From: a virus
Taxonomy: Duplodnaviria; Caudoviricetes
Direction: 5' to 3' (one strand)
Length of the DNA stretch: 33,480 nucleotides
Virus record (IMG/VR): IMGVR_UViG_3300038312_000397
Coordinates: 1 to 33,480 of that record
Positions 17,188-27,771 of the stretch are shown here, piece by piece. The position numbers were made by a program, and so were the translations under genes. Under the pieces are notes generated by a model. It saw nothing but the letters and a program-made list of their open reading frames with translations, was not told the DNA's origin and did no database searches. Position 1 is the stretch's first letter, and every line of letters begins with the position of its first letter.

Positions 17188-17673
17188 ATGACGATAAGGC
17201 AAGTGCTTAAGAACAGGGTTGATGTTAAGAGCGGTGATATAACTTACGGCTCTTACATTGCTGTCAGGAAGCAATTGGCAGAGGCTAAGGAATACGATTT
17301 AGCCTTTATGGCTTCTGTTATTAAGGCTATCCACAGCAATTACAAGTACGATGCTGGAGATATAGTGCACATTAAGGCTATGGTAAACTATTTTAACGAT
17401 ATAGTAGAAGGGGTTGCCCACTGGGCAGAACAGGAGAAGGAATTGTTAGCTTATGAGCCCTCAGAGGAAGAGATAAGAGCGGGGGTCAAGGAATATTCGC
17501 AAAAAGTTGGGGAGTTCGCAACGGTTAAGGCTCTAGCCAAGAATTACGGGAAAGATCCTGATGAGGTTCTAGAGTGGAAGTACAGCAAGGTGTTCGGCAT
17601 CCTGTACACTGATTTAGAAGAATATTACTACAATCAAAGATACAGTAAGGTATTAGAAAGAAAATATAAGTAG
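17188..17673 (+). CDS. Putative tail assembly chaperone
   Basis: Helical 161-aa protein. The C-terminal LAKNYGKDPDEVLEWKY resembles chaperone tails. Confidence 0.45.
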   Translation: MTIRQVLKNRVDVKSGDITYGSYIAVRKQLAEAKEYDLAFMASVIKAIHSNYKYDAGDIVHIKAMVNYFNDIVEGVAHWAEQEKELLAYEPSEEEIRAGVKEYSQKVGEFATVKALAKNYGKDPDEVLEWKYSKVFGILYTDLEEYYYNQRYSKVLERKYK

Positions 17674-17677
17674 CTAT

Positions 17678-18127
17678 ATGGATGTAGGATTAGAGAGATT
17701 ACTAGAGGAATTAAAACTGAACATCATTAATAGACATATTAGTGCTGGACAGGTTGCATCAGGCAGAACTAAAGCAGGGTTCAAGGTTAAGATGATTTCC
17801 CCCTTCAGAGGGCAACTCTTAGGCTATAATTATTCCGGAGTTCTTGAGCGAGGGAGACGTGCTGGGAAAATACCTAAGAACTTTATGGCTATAATCGCTA
17901 AATGGGCAGCGGTTAAAGGTATTACCTTTAATTCAGATAAAGACAGAGCAAGATTTGTGTATTTCGTGGCTAAGAAGATAAGAGAGCAAGGAACTCTAAT
18001 GTACAGACAGAAGAGAGAAGAAGATATATTCACAACAGCAACATTGAGGTTCGAAGACATATTGAGCATTGAGTTAGGCTCTCTCCTTGAAGCAGAAGTA
18101 AAAAATAAAGTATTTGAAGTATTATGA
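17678..18127 (+). CDS. Putative neck/tail-completion protein (HK97 gp10-like)
   Basis: Basic protein with ASGRT, LERGRRAG and IREQGT motifs. Confidence 0.55.
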   Translation: MDVGLERLLEELKLNIINRHISAGQVASGRTKAGFKVKMISPFRGQLLGYNYSGVLERGRRAGKIPKNFMAIIAKWAAVKGITFNSDKDRARFVYFVAKKIREQGTLMYRQKREEDIFTTATLRFEDILSIELGSLLEAEVKNKVFEVL

Positions 18128-19170
18128 TAGCAAGACAACCCGACAAGGTACACACCGCATTTAATCCGGTAATATTCGAAGTTCAAACAGCTCTTGACCA
18201 GGTTGAGATGACAGTTAGATTAGGTTCTGACGTAATCGAGCTAACCAAAGAGGCTTTCAATGGCATAGCCCTATTCGACATTAGCCCTATATTAACTAAA
18301 GCCTTCAAGGATGTAGAAATGGTTGGCAGGGGTACTTACTGGGAGGACTATTACCTATCCGTTAACTACAACGTGAAGCTTGAAGGGCAAGAGATGTATT
18401 TTACAGCGGTTAATTCGGTAGTTCAAGCCGGAGAAAGTTCAAGCCTTGTATCTAAACAAGGAAGTTTCCTCACTAAGTTTGATAGGTTGAGGTTCTATCC
18501 AGGATATGAGAGAGTGATAAGTGTGTTAGGCTTTGATGAAGCTAATTATTTTAATTTTGAGGGCGAGAGCCAAAGAGCAGTAAACATTAGTGGTAAAGTT
18601 TACAATACTAATATTAAGGAAAGTAATTACATTGCTATTAGTAATAACACCGGAGTTGACGAATACCTAACTACTAATGCCGATGAGGTTATTACCGACA
18701 ATCTCGGTAACCCTATTGTCATTATTATAGGTACTGCCGGGCTAACTATTAAGAGGAAATATATAGATACTGCTTGCATACCTCAACAGCCTTTTTATGT
18801 TCGTTGGGTTAATACATTAGGGGGCAGAGATTACTGGATGTTTTCGTACCGACAATACGAGAGCAATTCAATAGCAGAGAGAAAAGAGTTCATCCCTTAT
18901 ACTGATACGTCAGAGGTTAGCAGTTTTACTAAAACATTAAGCCTTAAAGGCAAACAGACTATTACAGCAGGAGCGGGCAACCTCAACAGCAACGAATATG
19001 AGGCACTTAAAGATATAATCTACTCCCCAAGAGTAGAATACTACAACGAGGAGCTAGGCAAATGGATAGAAGTTCAGATTGATGACGTGGAGTTAAGCAA
19101 TGACTCACGCTCATTCGTTCATGGGTTAGCCCTTAACTTCTTGCTGCCAGCAAGACAGATGCAATTCTAA
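18124..19170 (+). CDS. Virion structural protein (possible distal tail)
   Basis: FNPVIF N-terminus and RWVNTLGGRDYWMF / IIYSPRV C-terminal motifs, as recalled from Bacteroidota phage tail proteins. Confidence 0.6.
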   Translation: MIARQPDKVHTAFNPVIFEVQTALDQVEMTVRLGSDVIELTKEAFNGIALFDISPILTKAFKDVEMVGRGTYWEDYYLSVNYNVKLEGQEMYFTAVNSVVQAGESSSLVSKQGSFLTKFDRLRFYPGYERVISVLGFDEANYFNFEGESQRAVNISGKVYNTNIKESNYIAISNNTGVDEYLTTNADEVITDNLGNPIVIIIGTAGLTIKRKYIDTACIPQQPFYVRWVNTLGGRDYWMFSYRQYESNSIAERKEFIPYTDTSEVSSFTKTLSLKGKQTITAGAGNLNSNEYEALKDIIYSPRVEYYNEELGKWIEVQIDDVELSNDSRSFVHGLALNFLLPARQMQF

Positions 19171-19171
19171 T

Positions 19172-19423
19172 ATGGACAAAACACTCATAGATATAATCCA
19201 CTACAACAACAGAGTTATAGATTACTTGCTTGACAAGGAGATTATAACCTATGGAGCTAAGGAGAGATTAGAGATATATACCTACTATCACGAGCTAATC
19301 GGAAAAGGAGAGGGCAAAATGGATGCCTTCACCCAATGCTCCATTAAGTTTAACAAAAGTGAGGAGAGCATAAAAAAAATTATTTATTGCCTTAATAAGG
19401 AGACGAGGTTATGTACGAATTAA
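19172..19423 (+). CDS. Small HTH-like protein, possible late regulator
   Basis: The C-terminal CSIKFNKSEESIKKIIY is HTH-like. Confidence 0.5.
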   Translation: MDKTLIDIIHYNNRVIDYLLDKEIITYGAKERLEIYTYYHELIGKGEGKMDAFTQCSIKFNKSEESIKKIIYCLNKETRLCTN

Positions 19424-21243
19424 AGGTTAAAGATAAAGGGGGCGTATGGCATAATTTAGACCTTACGCCTAATGAAGAGCCTGCAATGACCTACCAGGTT
19501 AATGATATTGCGGAGTTGAAAGATAGGCAGGCGGATTATTCGCAAAAGATTAGACTCCCCAAAACGGCTTTAAATGCTGAGGTGTTGGAGAGGGTCGATA
19601 TTTTTGAGGCTAGCCCCCCTACCCCTTATGTGCTGTTAGAATGCAGACTATTTTCAAATGGTTTTACTCTCGCAGGCAAGGGTTCGCTATTTGTTATTGA
19701 CCAAGTGGGCGAGTATATAGAGGGGCAGATTATTAGTGGGAATGCGGATTTGTTTTATACTATGCAAAACAGACTAATAGAGGATGCGGACTTAGGCTAT
19801 ACCATTGTGGGTTCCGGGGCACTCCCTCAATGGGTAAGAAGAGGGGGGGCAGTACTAGGCAAGCAATTTGAGGCTTATAAGAGCTTTAGCCATTACTTCT
19901 TTAACTTGCACGAAACCGCTAAAAGACTAGTAGAGCTTTGCGGATACACGTTAGACACCAACTTACCCCTTACCACTATACAACGGGATTTTTTCTCGGC
20001 TCCCTCCCTTTTACCTTCTAACGACAGTTTAGAGGTATTCACAAGCAACGCTTCATTTAGGCGTACAGGAGAGGCTGGCATAGATTTCATAAGCGACTTC
20101 ACAAGTAGACACTTTCCTCATGCCATCAATAATAACGGCTTGGGCACTCTTACGCAAGTAGGGAATACAGAAGTAGGAGCAATTCCGTATAGGCTTAAAT
20201 TCACTTCAAACATTAACGGCAAAATAAAAGTTAGAGTGTATGTGTCCGGGAGTAAGTATTACGACCCTGGTGGATTATTCTCTCTTCAATGTGTAATATA
20301 TAAAGGTGGCTCGGAAGCTTTTAATATACTAAAACCACCAACAGAGACGGTTTATAATATAGATGAAAATGTGGAGATAGACGTTGAAGTGGGTGAGGAA
20401 ATATTCTTAATCACCAGACTCGTAAAAAACACTACCTTAGGTGCTAGCTGCAGAGTGGATATGTCGGGCTCTTTTACCATTACCGAGATTGAAGCTGATG
20501 AGGTACCAATAGGAGGTAAATTATACTTCGGGAATAACACAGGCTTTACGACCTATTTGGATTTGTTTAAGGAGTTTTGTCAATCTTATGGCTTAACTAT
20601 TCAAGTAGATAATAACAATAAGATAATCAAAGCCTACACCATGGACAAGCTATACGAGAACAAAACAATAGCTAAAGATTGGTCAGACAAGTTAAGTAGA
20701 GAAAACCAAGAAATGAGTTTTATAATTGACGGTTACGGGCAAAACAATTTTATCAGATTTGAGAAAAAAGACGACTTAGAAGACAAGGGTAATTTCTATG
20801 TAGATAATGATAACTTGGGTAAGGAGAAAGACTTATTTACCATTAAATGGGAAAGTGGGATTGACGTGAAGCCAGGAACATACGACTTAGCTTATATACC
20901 ATTATACGAATATGATGAGGAAATAGCAGATAAAAAGAAATTTGTTAAGGGCAAACCACACTTAGTTAGATTTAGTCAAGTGGACTATAATCCTTATTCC
21001 ATAATGAACCACATCCCTGCCCAAAGCTTAGTGGATAATTATTATGATAAGCTGGTTAATAAGATGCTGGTAAGGGCTAAATGTTTGAGCGTGGAAATGC
21101 TATTAACCGAAAGAGACATAGAGGAATTAGACTTCTTTACCCCTATATATCTAAAGCAATTCGGGGCATACTTCTATGTAAGCAAGATAAATAATTTTGT
21201 CGCCTATGACAGGCTGACAAAAGTAGATTTAATAAGATTATAA
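19411..21243 (+). CDS. Tail/baseplate hub-like structural protein
   Basis: 610 aa, beta-rich, with YSQKIRLPKT..N, DWSDK and a C-terminal IYLKQFGAYFYVSKINNF. Precedes the tape measure gene. Confidence 0.65.
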   Translation: MYELKVKDKGGVWHNLDLTPNEEPAMTYQVNDIAELKDRQADYSQKIRLPKTALNAEVLERVDIFEASPPTPYVLLECRLFSNGFTLAGKGSLFVIDQVGEYIEGQIISGNADLFYTMQNRLIEDADLGYTIVGSGALPQWVRRGGAVLGKQFEAYKSFSHYFFNLHETAKRLVELCGYTLDTNLPLTTIQRDFFSAPSLLPSNDSLEVFTSNASFRRTGEAGIDFISDFTSRHFPHAINNNGLGTLTQVGNTEVGAIPYRLKFTSNINGKIKVRVYVSGSKYYDPGGLFSLQCVIYKGGSEAFNILKPPTETVYNIDENVEIDVEVGEEIFLITRLVKNTTLGASCRVDMSGSFTITEIEADEVPIGGKLYFGNNTGFTTYLDLFKEFCQSYGLTIQVDNNNKIIKAYTMDKLYENKTIAKDWSDKLSRENQEMSFIIDGYGQNNFIRFEKKDDLEDKGNFYVDNDNLGKEKDLFTIKWESGIDVKPGTYDLAYIPLYEYDEEIADKKKFVKGKPHLVRFSQVDYNPYSIMNHIPAQSLVDNYYDKLVNKMLVRAKCLSVEMLLTERDIEELDFFTPIYLKQFGAYFYVSKINNFVAYDRLTKVDLIRL

Positions 21244-21254
21244 AACCAAATATT

Positions 21255-24200
21255 ATGGCGGAAAAAAAAGTATTAGTAGACGTAGAGATTAAAGCTACAG
21301 AAGCCCTCGAGAACTTAGCAAAATTAAAAATCCGTGTCGCTCAATTAAAGGGGGAACAGAAAGCCTTAAGGGAAGAGCAGAAAAATAGTAAGCCAACCAA
21401 TGACAAGGAATTAAAGGCTTACCAGGAGAAAGAATTTAAGTTAGCTGAGGTAAGTCAACAAATAAAGCACCAATCTACTCTTATTCGCTCGTATGAAAAA
21501 GAGATACAAAATAATATCATAGCAGAGAAAGCTCAGGGTGATAGCCTTGACGCTTTAAAGGCTAAATTATCTTTAGCTACTGCCGAATATAATAGCTTGT
21601 CCAAAGCAGCAAGACAAGATGTATATGGGCAAGAGAAAGCCCAAGAGATAAAGCAACTTACAGAGGAATTAACAGAAGCAGAGACTGCTGTGGGGAATTT
21701 CCACCGACAAGTCGGGAACTACGAGCTAGCCGGTAAAGGGCTTAGAACTACTATAATGGACATGACAGAGGAGCTCACTATAATGAAGCTGGAAGGCAAA
21801 GAAGCTACTGAGGAATATAGAACATTAGCCTCTCAACTCGCAACATTTAAAGATGCTATGGGCGACGTGCAGAACGAAGCGAAAGGTGCGGCGAGTGATA
21901 CTAGTAACCTAGACGCCTTAAACCAATCTTTGCAAGGAGTTATTGGAACTTTCGGAGCTTACTCCGCCATAATGGGATTATCGGCAGAAGATAGCGAAGA
22001 ATTTGAGAGGGTCCTCCAAAAAATGCAAGTAGCAGTAACCGCTATCATATCTCTTACAGCCATTCAAAATACTCTACAAAAAGACAGCATAGTATATCAG
22101 AAAGCCAGAATAATATTAGATAAGGTAGGTTTAACCCAAGCAAAGGCTACAGCTGGAGCTGAAGCAGCTCTTAATATAATCAGAGGAAAAGCAACTATAG
22201 GGACTAAAGCCCTCGCCGTTGCTCAATTGCTGTGGAATAAAGCACTATTAGCTAATCCAGTAGTATTACTAGCCTCAGCAATAGCAACTCTTGTTATAGG
22301 GGTATACGCTTTAACTAAAGCCTTCGACGATAGTAAGTCCGAACAGGAGAAGCTGAACAGGGAAATGGAGAAGACCAATTCAGAGATAAAGAGGATAAAA
22401 GAGGACGCCGACTTCAACGTAGCCATAGCCGAGGCGAGTGGGGCATCAAAAGAGGAGCTAAGGAAATTGAGGACGGAAGCGGTTAAGACGTCCGAGGCGT
22501 TAGCTTATGCTAATTGGACTCGAGTGCTTAATAATAAGAAAGCTACTCAAGAACAAAGGGATAATGCTAAGCAGGCGTACGAAGAGGCGTACGAAGACCT
22601 TAAGCAGCATAATATGGCTATGACCATAGAAGACGTAAAGAGTAGAGGAGACAGGGCTAAGAAGGCTAAAGAGGACGCAAAGAAGAGCAGGGATGACCGC
22701 TACAACTCTTTATTAGCGAGTATAGAAGTTGATAAGGCTTTTAGTGAAAAAGAGATTGAACTCGACAAATTAAGTAAAGAAAGCAGCTTTGTAAATGATA
22801 AGGATTACGAAGCAAAAGCATTCAAACTTAAGCAAGACACCGAAAAGAAAAAGTTAGAGGTTCAAAAGCAATACGGTAAGATTACTCAGAAGCAATATAA
22901 TGAGGGTTTAATTGCATTAGCTCAGAATGAAGAGATTTTTAGAGCTACTCAAAAAAGAAGCATAGAAGAGGCTTACAAGGCTAAAATCGAGATGCTGGAT
23001 AAGAATATCGTTGACGAAGAGAAAGCCCTCAGGAAAGCTGCTAAAAAAGAACAGGACGATTGGATAGCTATTATGGAGGCTAAATATGATGAGGAATATA
23101 AGAAGACAGAGGCTTATGCTATTGAGAGGGACAATTTTATTTTTAAGTCTAAATTAAAGCTTGAAGAAGATATACAAAAGCTTAACGGGGAGAGCATAGT
23201 TAAGCAGATTGAGGACATAGAGAGAGCGGTTAATGAGCAATATGAGGGGGATTTACAAAAATACTCCGATAACGAGAGGCAGAAGACTACGATTGAGATT
23301 GAACAACTACAAGAGAGGATAAGGCTTAAAAAAGAGGCGGGTTTAAGCGTTTTTGAAGACGAGGCTCAGCTTAGGGCTTCAACGGCTAAGCTTAATAATA
23401 TTGCCCTTAACACAGAATTATTGAATGAGAACCTAACAGCTCAACAACGCTACGAATTGAAGAAAGCCTCTATTGAAGCTGAATTAGAGCTCTACCGAGG
23501 GAATATCGACAAGGAGAAAGAACTTGAGGCCGAACTTGCGGAAATATCTAAGCAGTATCAAAGGGAGAGGATAGGTAATTTTGAGATGTGGGCTGGTAAG
23601 ATTAGCGAGATAGCATCAGAGCTTAATAATTTCACTAAGGCGTTGGAAGAACAAGAGCTCCAAGACTATGAGGAAAAGAACCAACAGAAGAAAGACAGCT
23701 ACCAGGCACAGCTTGATAGCGGAATAATCTCTAAGCAGGAATATGACGCTAAGATTAAGCAATCGGATTTGGAGCTGGACAAGAAAAAAGCGGAGATAGC
23801 ACGCAAGCAGGCTATTAGGGAGAAAGCTTTAAAGGTGTTTGAAATTGGAATTAATACTGCTACGGCGATTATGAAAATTTGGGCGGAAGTGCCTAAAATG
23901 GACTTCGGAATAAGTACCGTAGCCCTGACCGCCGCAGCTGCGGTTTTAGGTGCTGTGCAATTAGCGGCGGTAGCCTCTACCCCAATACCAAAAGCAAGCA
24001 GGGGTATGTTGTTGCAGGGCAAGTCTCACGCCCAAGGAGGAATGCTTATTGAAGCGGAGGGCGGAGAGGCTATTATTAACAAGCGTTCTACGATGATGTT
24101 TACTCCCCTACTCTCTGCTATTAACCAGGCAGGAGGTGGAATAGCGTTAGGTTCTGATGGTGGGTATGCTATGAGGCATTCAGCAGGGGGAGAGTTATCG

Positions 24201-24323
24201 GCAAAGGATATTGAGATGATTGTTGAGAAAACTATAAGCTCTCAAAAGATATTTGTTACGGTGGAGGACATACGCAAGGAAGATAAAAAATACGCAAAAA
24301 TGGAGAGCAGAGGGAATTGGTAG
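21255..24323 (+). CDS. Tail tape measure protein
   Basis: 1022-aa coiled-coil, Ala-rich protein with RQVGNY, ANPVVL hydrophobic stretches and a C-terminal G.SHAQGG..IEAEGGE motif. Confidence 0.88.
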   Translation: MAEKKVLVDVEIKATEALENLAKLKIRVAQLKGEQKALREEQKNSKPTNDKELKAYQEKEFKLAEVSQQIKHQSTLIRSYEKEIQNNIIAEKAQGDSLDALKAKLSLATAEYNSLSKAARQDVYGQEKAQEIKQLTEELTEAETAVGNFHRQVGNYELAGKGLRTTIMDMTEELTIMKLEGKEATEEYRTLASQLATFKDAMGDVQNEAKGAASDTSNLDALNQSLQGVIGTFGAYSAIMGLSAEDSEEFERVLQKMQVAVTAIISLTAIQNTLQKDSIVYQKARIILDKVGLTQAKATAGAEAALNIIRGKATIGTKALAVAQLLWNKALLANPVVLLASAIATLVIGVYALTKAFDDSKSEQEKLNREMEKTNSEIKRIKEDADFNVAIAEASGASKEELRKLRTEAVKTSEALAYANWTRVLNNKKATQEQRDNAKQAYEEAYEDLKQHNMAMTIEDVKSRGDRAKKAKEDAKKSRDDRYNSLLASIEVDKAFSEKEIELDKLSKESSFVNDKDYEAKAFKLKQDTEKKKLEVQKQYGKITQKQYNEGLIALAQNEEIFRATQKRSIEEAYKAKIEMLDKNIVDEEKALRKAAKKEQDDWIAIMEAKYDEEYKKTEAYAIERDNFIFKSKLKLEEDIQKLNGESIVKQIEDIERAVNEQYEGDLQKYSDNERQKTTIEIEQLQERIRLKKEAGLSVFEDEAQLRASTAKLNNIALNTELLNENLTAQQRYELKKASIEAELELYRGNIDKEKELEAELAEISKQYQRERIGNFEMWAGKISEIASELNNFTKALEEQELQDYEEKNQQKKDSYQAQLDSGIISKQEYDAKIKQSDLELDKKKAEIARKQAIREKALKVFEIGINTATAIMKIWAEVPKMDFGISTVALTAAAAVLGAVQLAAVASTPIPKASRGMLLQGKSHAQGGMLIEAEGGEAIINKRSTMMFTPLLSAINQAGGGIALGSDGGYAMRHSAGGELSAKDIEMIVEKTISSQKIFVTVEDIRKEDKKYAKMESRGNW

Positions 24324-24336
24324 AATGATGAATTTT

Positions 24337-24363
24337 AGCCTCTGTTTTTACAGGGGCTTTTTT
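24337..24363 (+). terminator. Rho-independent terminator after the tape measure gene
   Basis: AGCCTCTG-TTTTTA-CAGGGGCT hairpin followed by a T run. Confidence 0.8.
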
Positions 24364-24405
24364 ATTGGTAAAAATCTTTACTAACATTATATGTTAACTC
24401 TATCT

Positions 24406-24413
24406 TATTTTTG
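24406..24413 (+). promoter_or_regulatory. -7 promoter element (TATTTTTG) for the head operon
   Basis: TAnnTTTG match after the terminator. The ATG follows after a 5-nt spacer. No -33 TTTG is present. Confidence 0.65.
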
Positions 24414-24418
24414 CGGGT

Positions 24419-25546
24419 ATGATAGAAATAGACATTAAAAGCGATATTGCTAATAAGGATGAAAGCATTTGGATGGAGTGGTTAGGCTTCTCAGAGGCTT
24501 TTTCGTTGGACTTAGTCAAAAGAATTTTCGAGGAAAATAAGGAGGAGAAAGACTTTAAGTTCAACATTCATTGCCGTGGGGGTTCAGTATCCGAAGGCTT
24601 AGCTATTTATGACTATCTAAGAACGTCGGGCAAAACGCTATACACTAACATAGAAGGTTCTTGCCATTCTATGGCAATTATAATGTTGCTTGCCGCCCCA
24701 AAAGAAAACAGAACTGCTAATCCTAATTCTCGCTCAATCATTCACCAGGTAAGAGTAGGGCTATGCGACTATGCAACTGCTGACGATTTAAGGGCTATAG
24801 CTGACGATGTAGAGAAAGACCAAAAAGCTATCCTCGACATATACGCTGACCGTACAGGTTATGATAGAGAGAAATTAGAAGCTATCATGAAGGAGGAGAA
24901 AGAACGCACAACCTCTGAGCTATTAGAATGGGGATTTATCAACAAGATTAATTCATACAACACAAATAGATTAATAACAAAAACCAATCAAAACATGGGA
25001 AATTTAAAAAAAGAGTTGAAAGATAAGATTAACTCTTTCCTTGGTGGAGTTGAAAAAATCCTTAACGGCGTTAAGGTTAATTTTGATTTCAAAGGAGAGA
25101 ATGATACAATTCTTTTCTCAACTGAAAAAGAAGATGACACGTTAGCGGTAGGCGACAACGCCTCTCCTGACGGTACTTTTACTTTGACTGAAGCTACGAG
25201 CGAGTATCCAGTAGATACTGTCGTTGTAGTGAAAGACGGTAAAATCGAAAGCATTACAGAACCTGAGGGGGCTGAAAACAATGCTGAATTAGAGGCAAGA
25301 AACGCCGAGTTAGAGGCGGAAAACGCTGAGTTAAAAGAAAACTTGACTCAATCAGTAAACCTCATCACAGAGCTTAAGAGCCAAATTGAGAGCTCTTACG
25401 TACCGAAAAACCGCTCTAATAGAGTAGTGGTGCCGAGCAAAAAAAATAATAGTAATAACCAAACATCTGAGGAGATGAAGGATGAAGTGCGTCAACGCAG
25501 AGAAGCTTTCAGAAACAAAGGTGTTATAGCAAGAAAGGAGAACTAA
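24419..25546 (+). CDS. ClpP-like prohead protease fused to a scaffold region
   Basis: IHCRGGSV.EGLAIYD, catalytic Ser (CHSMA) and His (IIHQV). C-terminal heptads NAELEARNAELEAENAELK. Confidence 0.9.
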   Translation: MIEIDIKSDIANKDESIWMEWLGFSEAFSLDLVKRIFEENKEEKDFKFNIHCRGGSVSEGLAIYDYLRTSGKTLYTNIEGSCHSMAIIMLLAAPKENRTANPNSRSIIHQVRVGLCDYATADDLRAIADDVEKDQKAILDIYADRTGYDREKLEAIMKEEKERTTSELLEWGFINKINSYNTNRLITKTNQNMGNLKKELKDKINSFLGGVEKILNGVKVNFDFKGENDTILFSTEKEDDTLAVGDNASPDGTFTLTEATSEYPVDTVVVVKDGKIESITEPEGAENNAELEARNAELEAENAELKENLTQSVNLITELKSQIESSYVPKNRSNRVVVPSKKNNSNNQTSEEMKDEVRQRREAFRNKGVIARKEN

Positions 25547-25549
25547 GCA

Positions 25550-26605
25550 ATGGCATCATTAATAGATTTAGCAAAATTTGCCTTCACTAAGGAGGAATTG
25601 AAATCAGTAAAAGAGTTAGTTTATGAAGGGATTATAGAATCCCCTGAATTAGCCCTATTCTGCACTATCCATGAAGGAATCAAGTTTAAAAAAGACGTCG
25701 GGTTTGTTGGCCCAGGAGGGTTAGTGGGTAAAGCCGGTCAAGGTTGCGACCCAGAGACTCAGACATGGAATTTGGGCACACGAAAGATTACCTGGGAGCC
25801 GGCTCCATGGGAAGTATTTTTGAAGCAGTGCTACAAAGACCTTGAGAGCACTATCGCAATATACTCGTTAAAAACAGGTATTCAAAGAGCGGACTTCACG
25901 TCAAGCGATTACATGTCTATCATTGTTGACTTCTTGATTGAGGGTATTAAGGACATGATGCTTCGTTTTGCTTTCTTCGGAGACGTCGACGCAGATACTG
26001 TTACTAACGGTGGACAGCTAAAAGACGGAACGGATAAAGGCTTCTTCAACGTTCTTGATGGCTTCTTCAAGCAGATAACTACTGCTTACACAGCTAACGC
26101 TGAGCAGAGAGTAGCTATTACGGAGAATGCCGGAGCGAGCTATGTCGCTCAGGCGATGGATAAAACCAAAGTTCAAGACTATCTTGAGAAATTGACCACT
26201 CAGGCTAATCCATTATTAGCTCAAATGGGAGGCAACATAATTATCTGCACACAAACATTCTATAACGCTTATAAGGCTTCTCTTCAAGGAACAGGCTTAG
26301 AAAGCATGTATGTTAACTTAGTAAATGGTATGAAGACCCTATCTTACGATGGCATTCCTTTAATTCCAGTGCCTAAGTTCGACCAAATCATAAAGGCTTA
26401 TTACAATAATGGCACTAAGTGGGTTAACCCTCACAGAGCTATTTACACCAACCCTTCAGTTTTAGCTGTAGGAGTTGATGAGATGGGTAATTTCGCTGAA
26501 ATTGATGTTTGGTATGACAAAAAAGACAGAAACGTGTACTCATTAGCAGCTGGAATGATGGATGCTAAATTGGCTAATCCTGAGTTAATACAAATAGCTA
26601 TTTAA
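25550..26605 (+). CDS. Major capsid protein
   Basis: 351 aa, directly after the protease/scaffold, with FFGD...DGFFKQ motif. Confidence 0.8.
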   Translation: MASLIDLAKFAFTKEELKSVKELVYEGIIESPELALFCTIHEGIKFKKDVGFVGPGGLVGKAGQGCDPETQTWNLGTRKITWEPAPWEVFLKQCYKDLESTIAIYSLKTGIQRADFTSSDYMSIIVDFLIEGIKDMMLRFAFFGDVDADTVTNGGQLKDGTDKGFFNVLDGFFKQITTAYTANAEQRVAITENAGASYVAQAMDKTKVQDYLEKLTTQANPLLAQMGGNIIICTQTFYNAYKASLQGTGLESMYVNLVNGMKTLSYDGIPLIPVPKFDQIIKAYYNNGTKWVNPHRAIYTNPSVLAVGVDEMGNFAEIDVWYDKKDRNVYSLAAGMMDAKLANPELIQIAI

Positions 26606-26626
26606 TCAAAGAAAGGAGAAATAATA

Positions 26627-27205
26627 ATGAATTGTGCAGAATTAACAAAAGGACTTATTGCTGATGCTTGTAAGAGAGCTGTATCAGGACTAAACGGGAG
26701 GATATTACTTATGAACTATGCAGATATTGACAGAACCGCCACTACCGAGCTTGACGGAGTGGTGGAAGCTCTGCAATTGAAGGAGGGCAAATACGCTCAA
26801 GCCTTCGAGTTCAAAGACACTACTCTTGTAGCTGAACACAACCTCGTTAAAGAAGCGTACTTGCCTATTTGGGAGCATATTATCAACGCTAAAATCCTGG
26901 CTAAAACTCAAGAGGCTAAAAACGCCTTGGAAGTTTTGTCTAAGGCTAAAGTGGTTGCAATTGTTGAAAACAAGGAGCAAGGAGCTGACGGCTCGGTGAA
27001 GTATGAAATGTACGGATATGACGCTGGTATGGAGCTTACGGAAAGCAACAATACTACCGCATTCGCAGATGGAGTAGTTTATAATATTAAGTTGGCTTCT
27101 CCAGCTAATGAAAAAGAGAGCTCATTACCAAGAACTATTTTTAAAACTAGTGCAGCTACTACTGACACCATGATAGAAGGGTTGTTGCAAGCAGTTACGC
27201 CCTAA
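26627..27205 (+). CDS. Probable major tail (tube) protein
   Basis: 192 aa with C...SGL N-terminus and VVAIVEN...YG...GM motif, as recalled from Bacteroidota siphovirus tube proteins. Confidence 0.6.
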   Translation: MNCAELTKGLIADACKRAVSGLNGRILLMNYADIDRTATTELDGVVEALQLKEGKYAQAFEFKDTTLVAEHNLVKEAYLPIWEHIINAKILAKTQEAKNALEVLSKAKVVAIVENKEQGADGSVKYEMYGYDAGMELTESNNTTAFADGVVYNIKLASPANEKESSLPRTIFKTSAATTDTMIEGLLQAVTP

Positions 27206-27219
27206 AAATTAAGTAAGAA

Positions 27220-27771
27220 ATGGGAAAAAAAGAATTAAACGGGATAAACCCTATAATAGCAGGAACAGACAAGGATAGTAATATTCTGCCAATAGTTCCT
27301 GAGGAAAGCAAGGAAGGGGAAAATCCTTCCGTTGACCAGGTAGTAACTACTGAGCAAAGGCTTATAGCTTTCCAAGAGAAATTCGCTGATAAGAATTTTG
27401 CTAACCCTTCTGCAACTAAAGGGCACTTCACGAAGAACCCTGAGGATAAAGCCGAGTTAGAGTACTTGTATAAGGAGATTCTCAAGAAAGAACTTAAGTC
27501 AGGATGTAAGGACTGCGTAGTTGACGCTTATGTTGAGATTATGAAGTTTAAAGGAGAAGTCGTTAGGAGCGAATTTGAGCTCTACGCTGGGGCTTTGATT
27601 GAGGACAATGTAGGATTTGACGCAGGAAAGGCAATGAGCAATCATAACCTTACTAATGAATTGGTTCTATTTCATTTGTCGCAAGATCCGAGATTAATCG
27701 AGAGGTTCCAAAAGAAACCCGATAACTGGGAAGAACTCGTTGAAAAACACAAAGAAAGGGAAAGAGGGTAA
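27220..27771 (+). CDS. Hypothetical protein with CxxC
   Basis: 183 aa containing SGCKDC. Confidence 0.7.
   Translation: MGKKELNGINPIIAGTDKDSNILPIVPEESKEGENPSVDQVVTTEQRLIAFQEKFADKNFANPSATKGHFTKNPEDKAELEYLYKEILKKELKSGCKDCVVDAYVEIMKFKGEVVRSEFELYAGALIEDNVGFDAGKAMSNHNLTNELVLFHLSQDPRLIERFQKKPDNWEELVEKHKERERG

Noticed and set aside
17188-17673. Programmed frameshift in the putative tail chaperone
   Set aside because: I found no convincing slippery heptamer near the 3' end, and the next gene has its own start.
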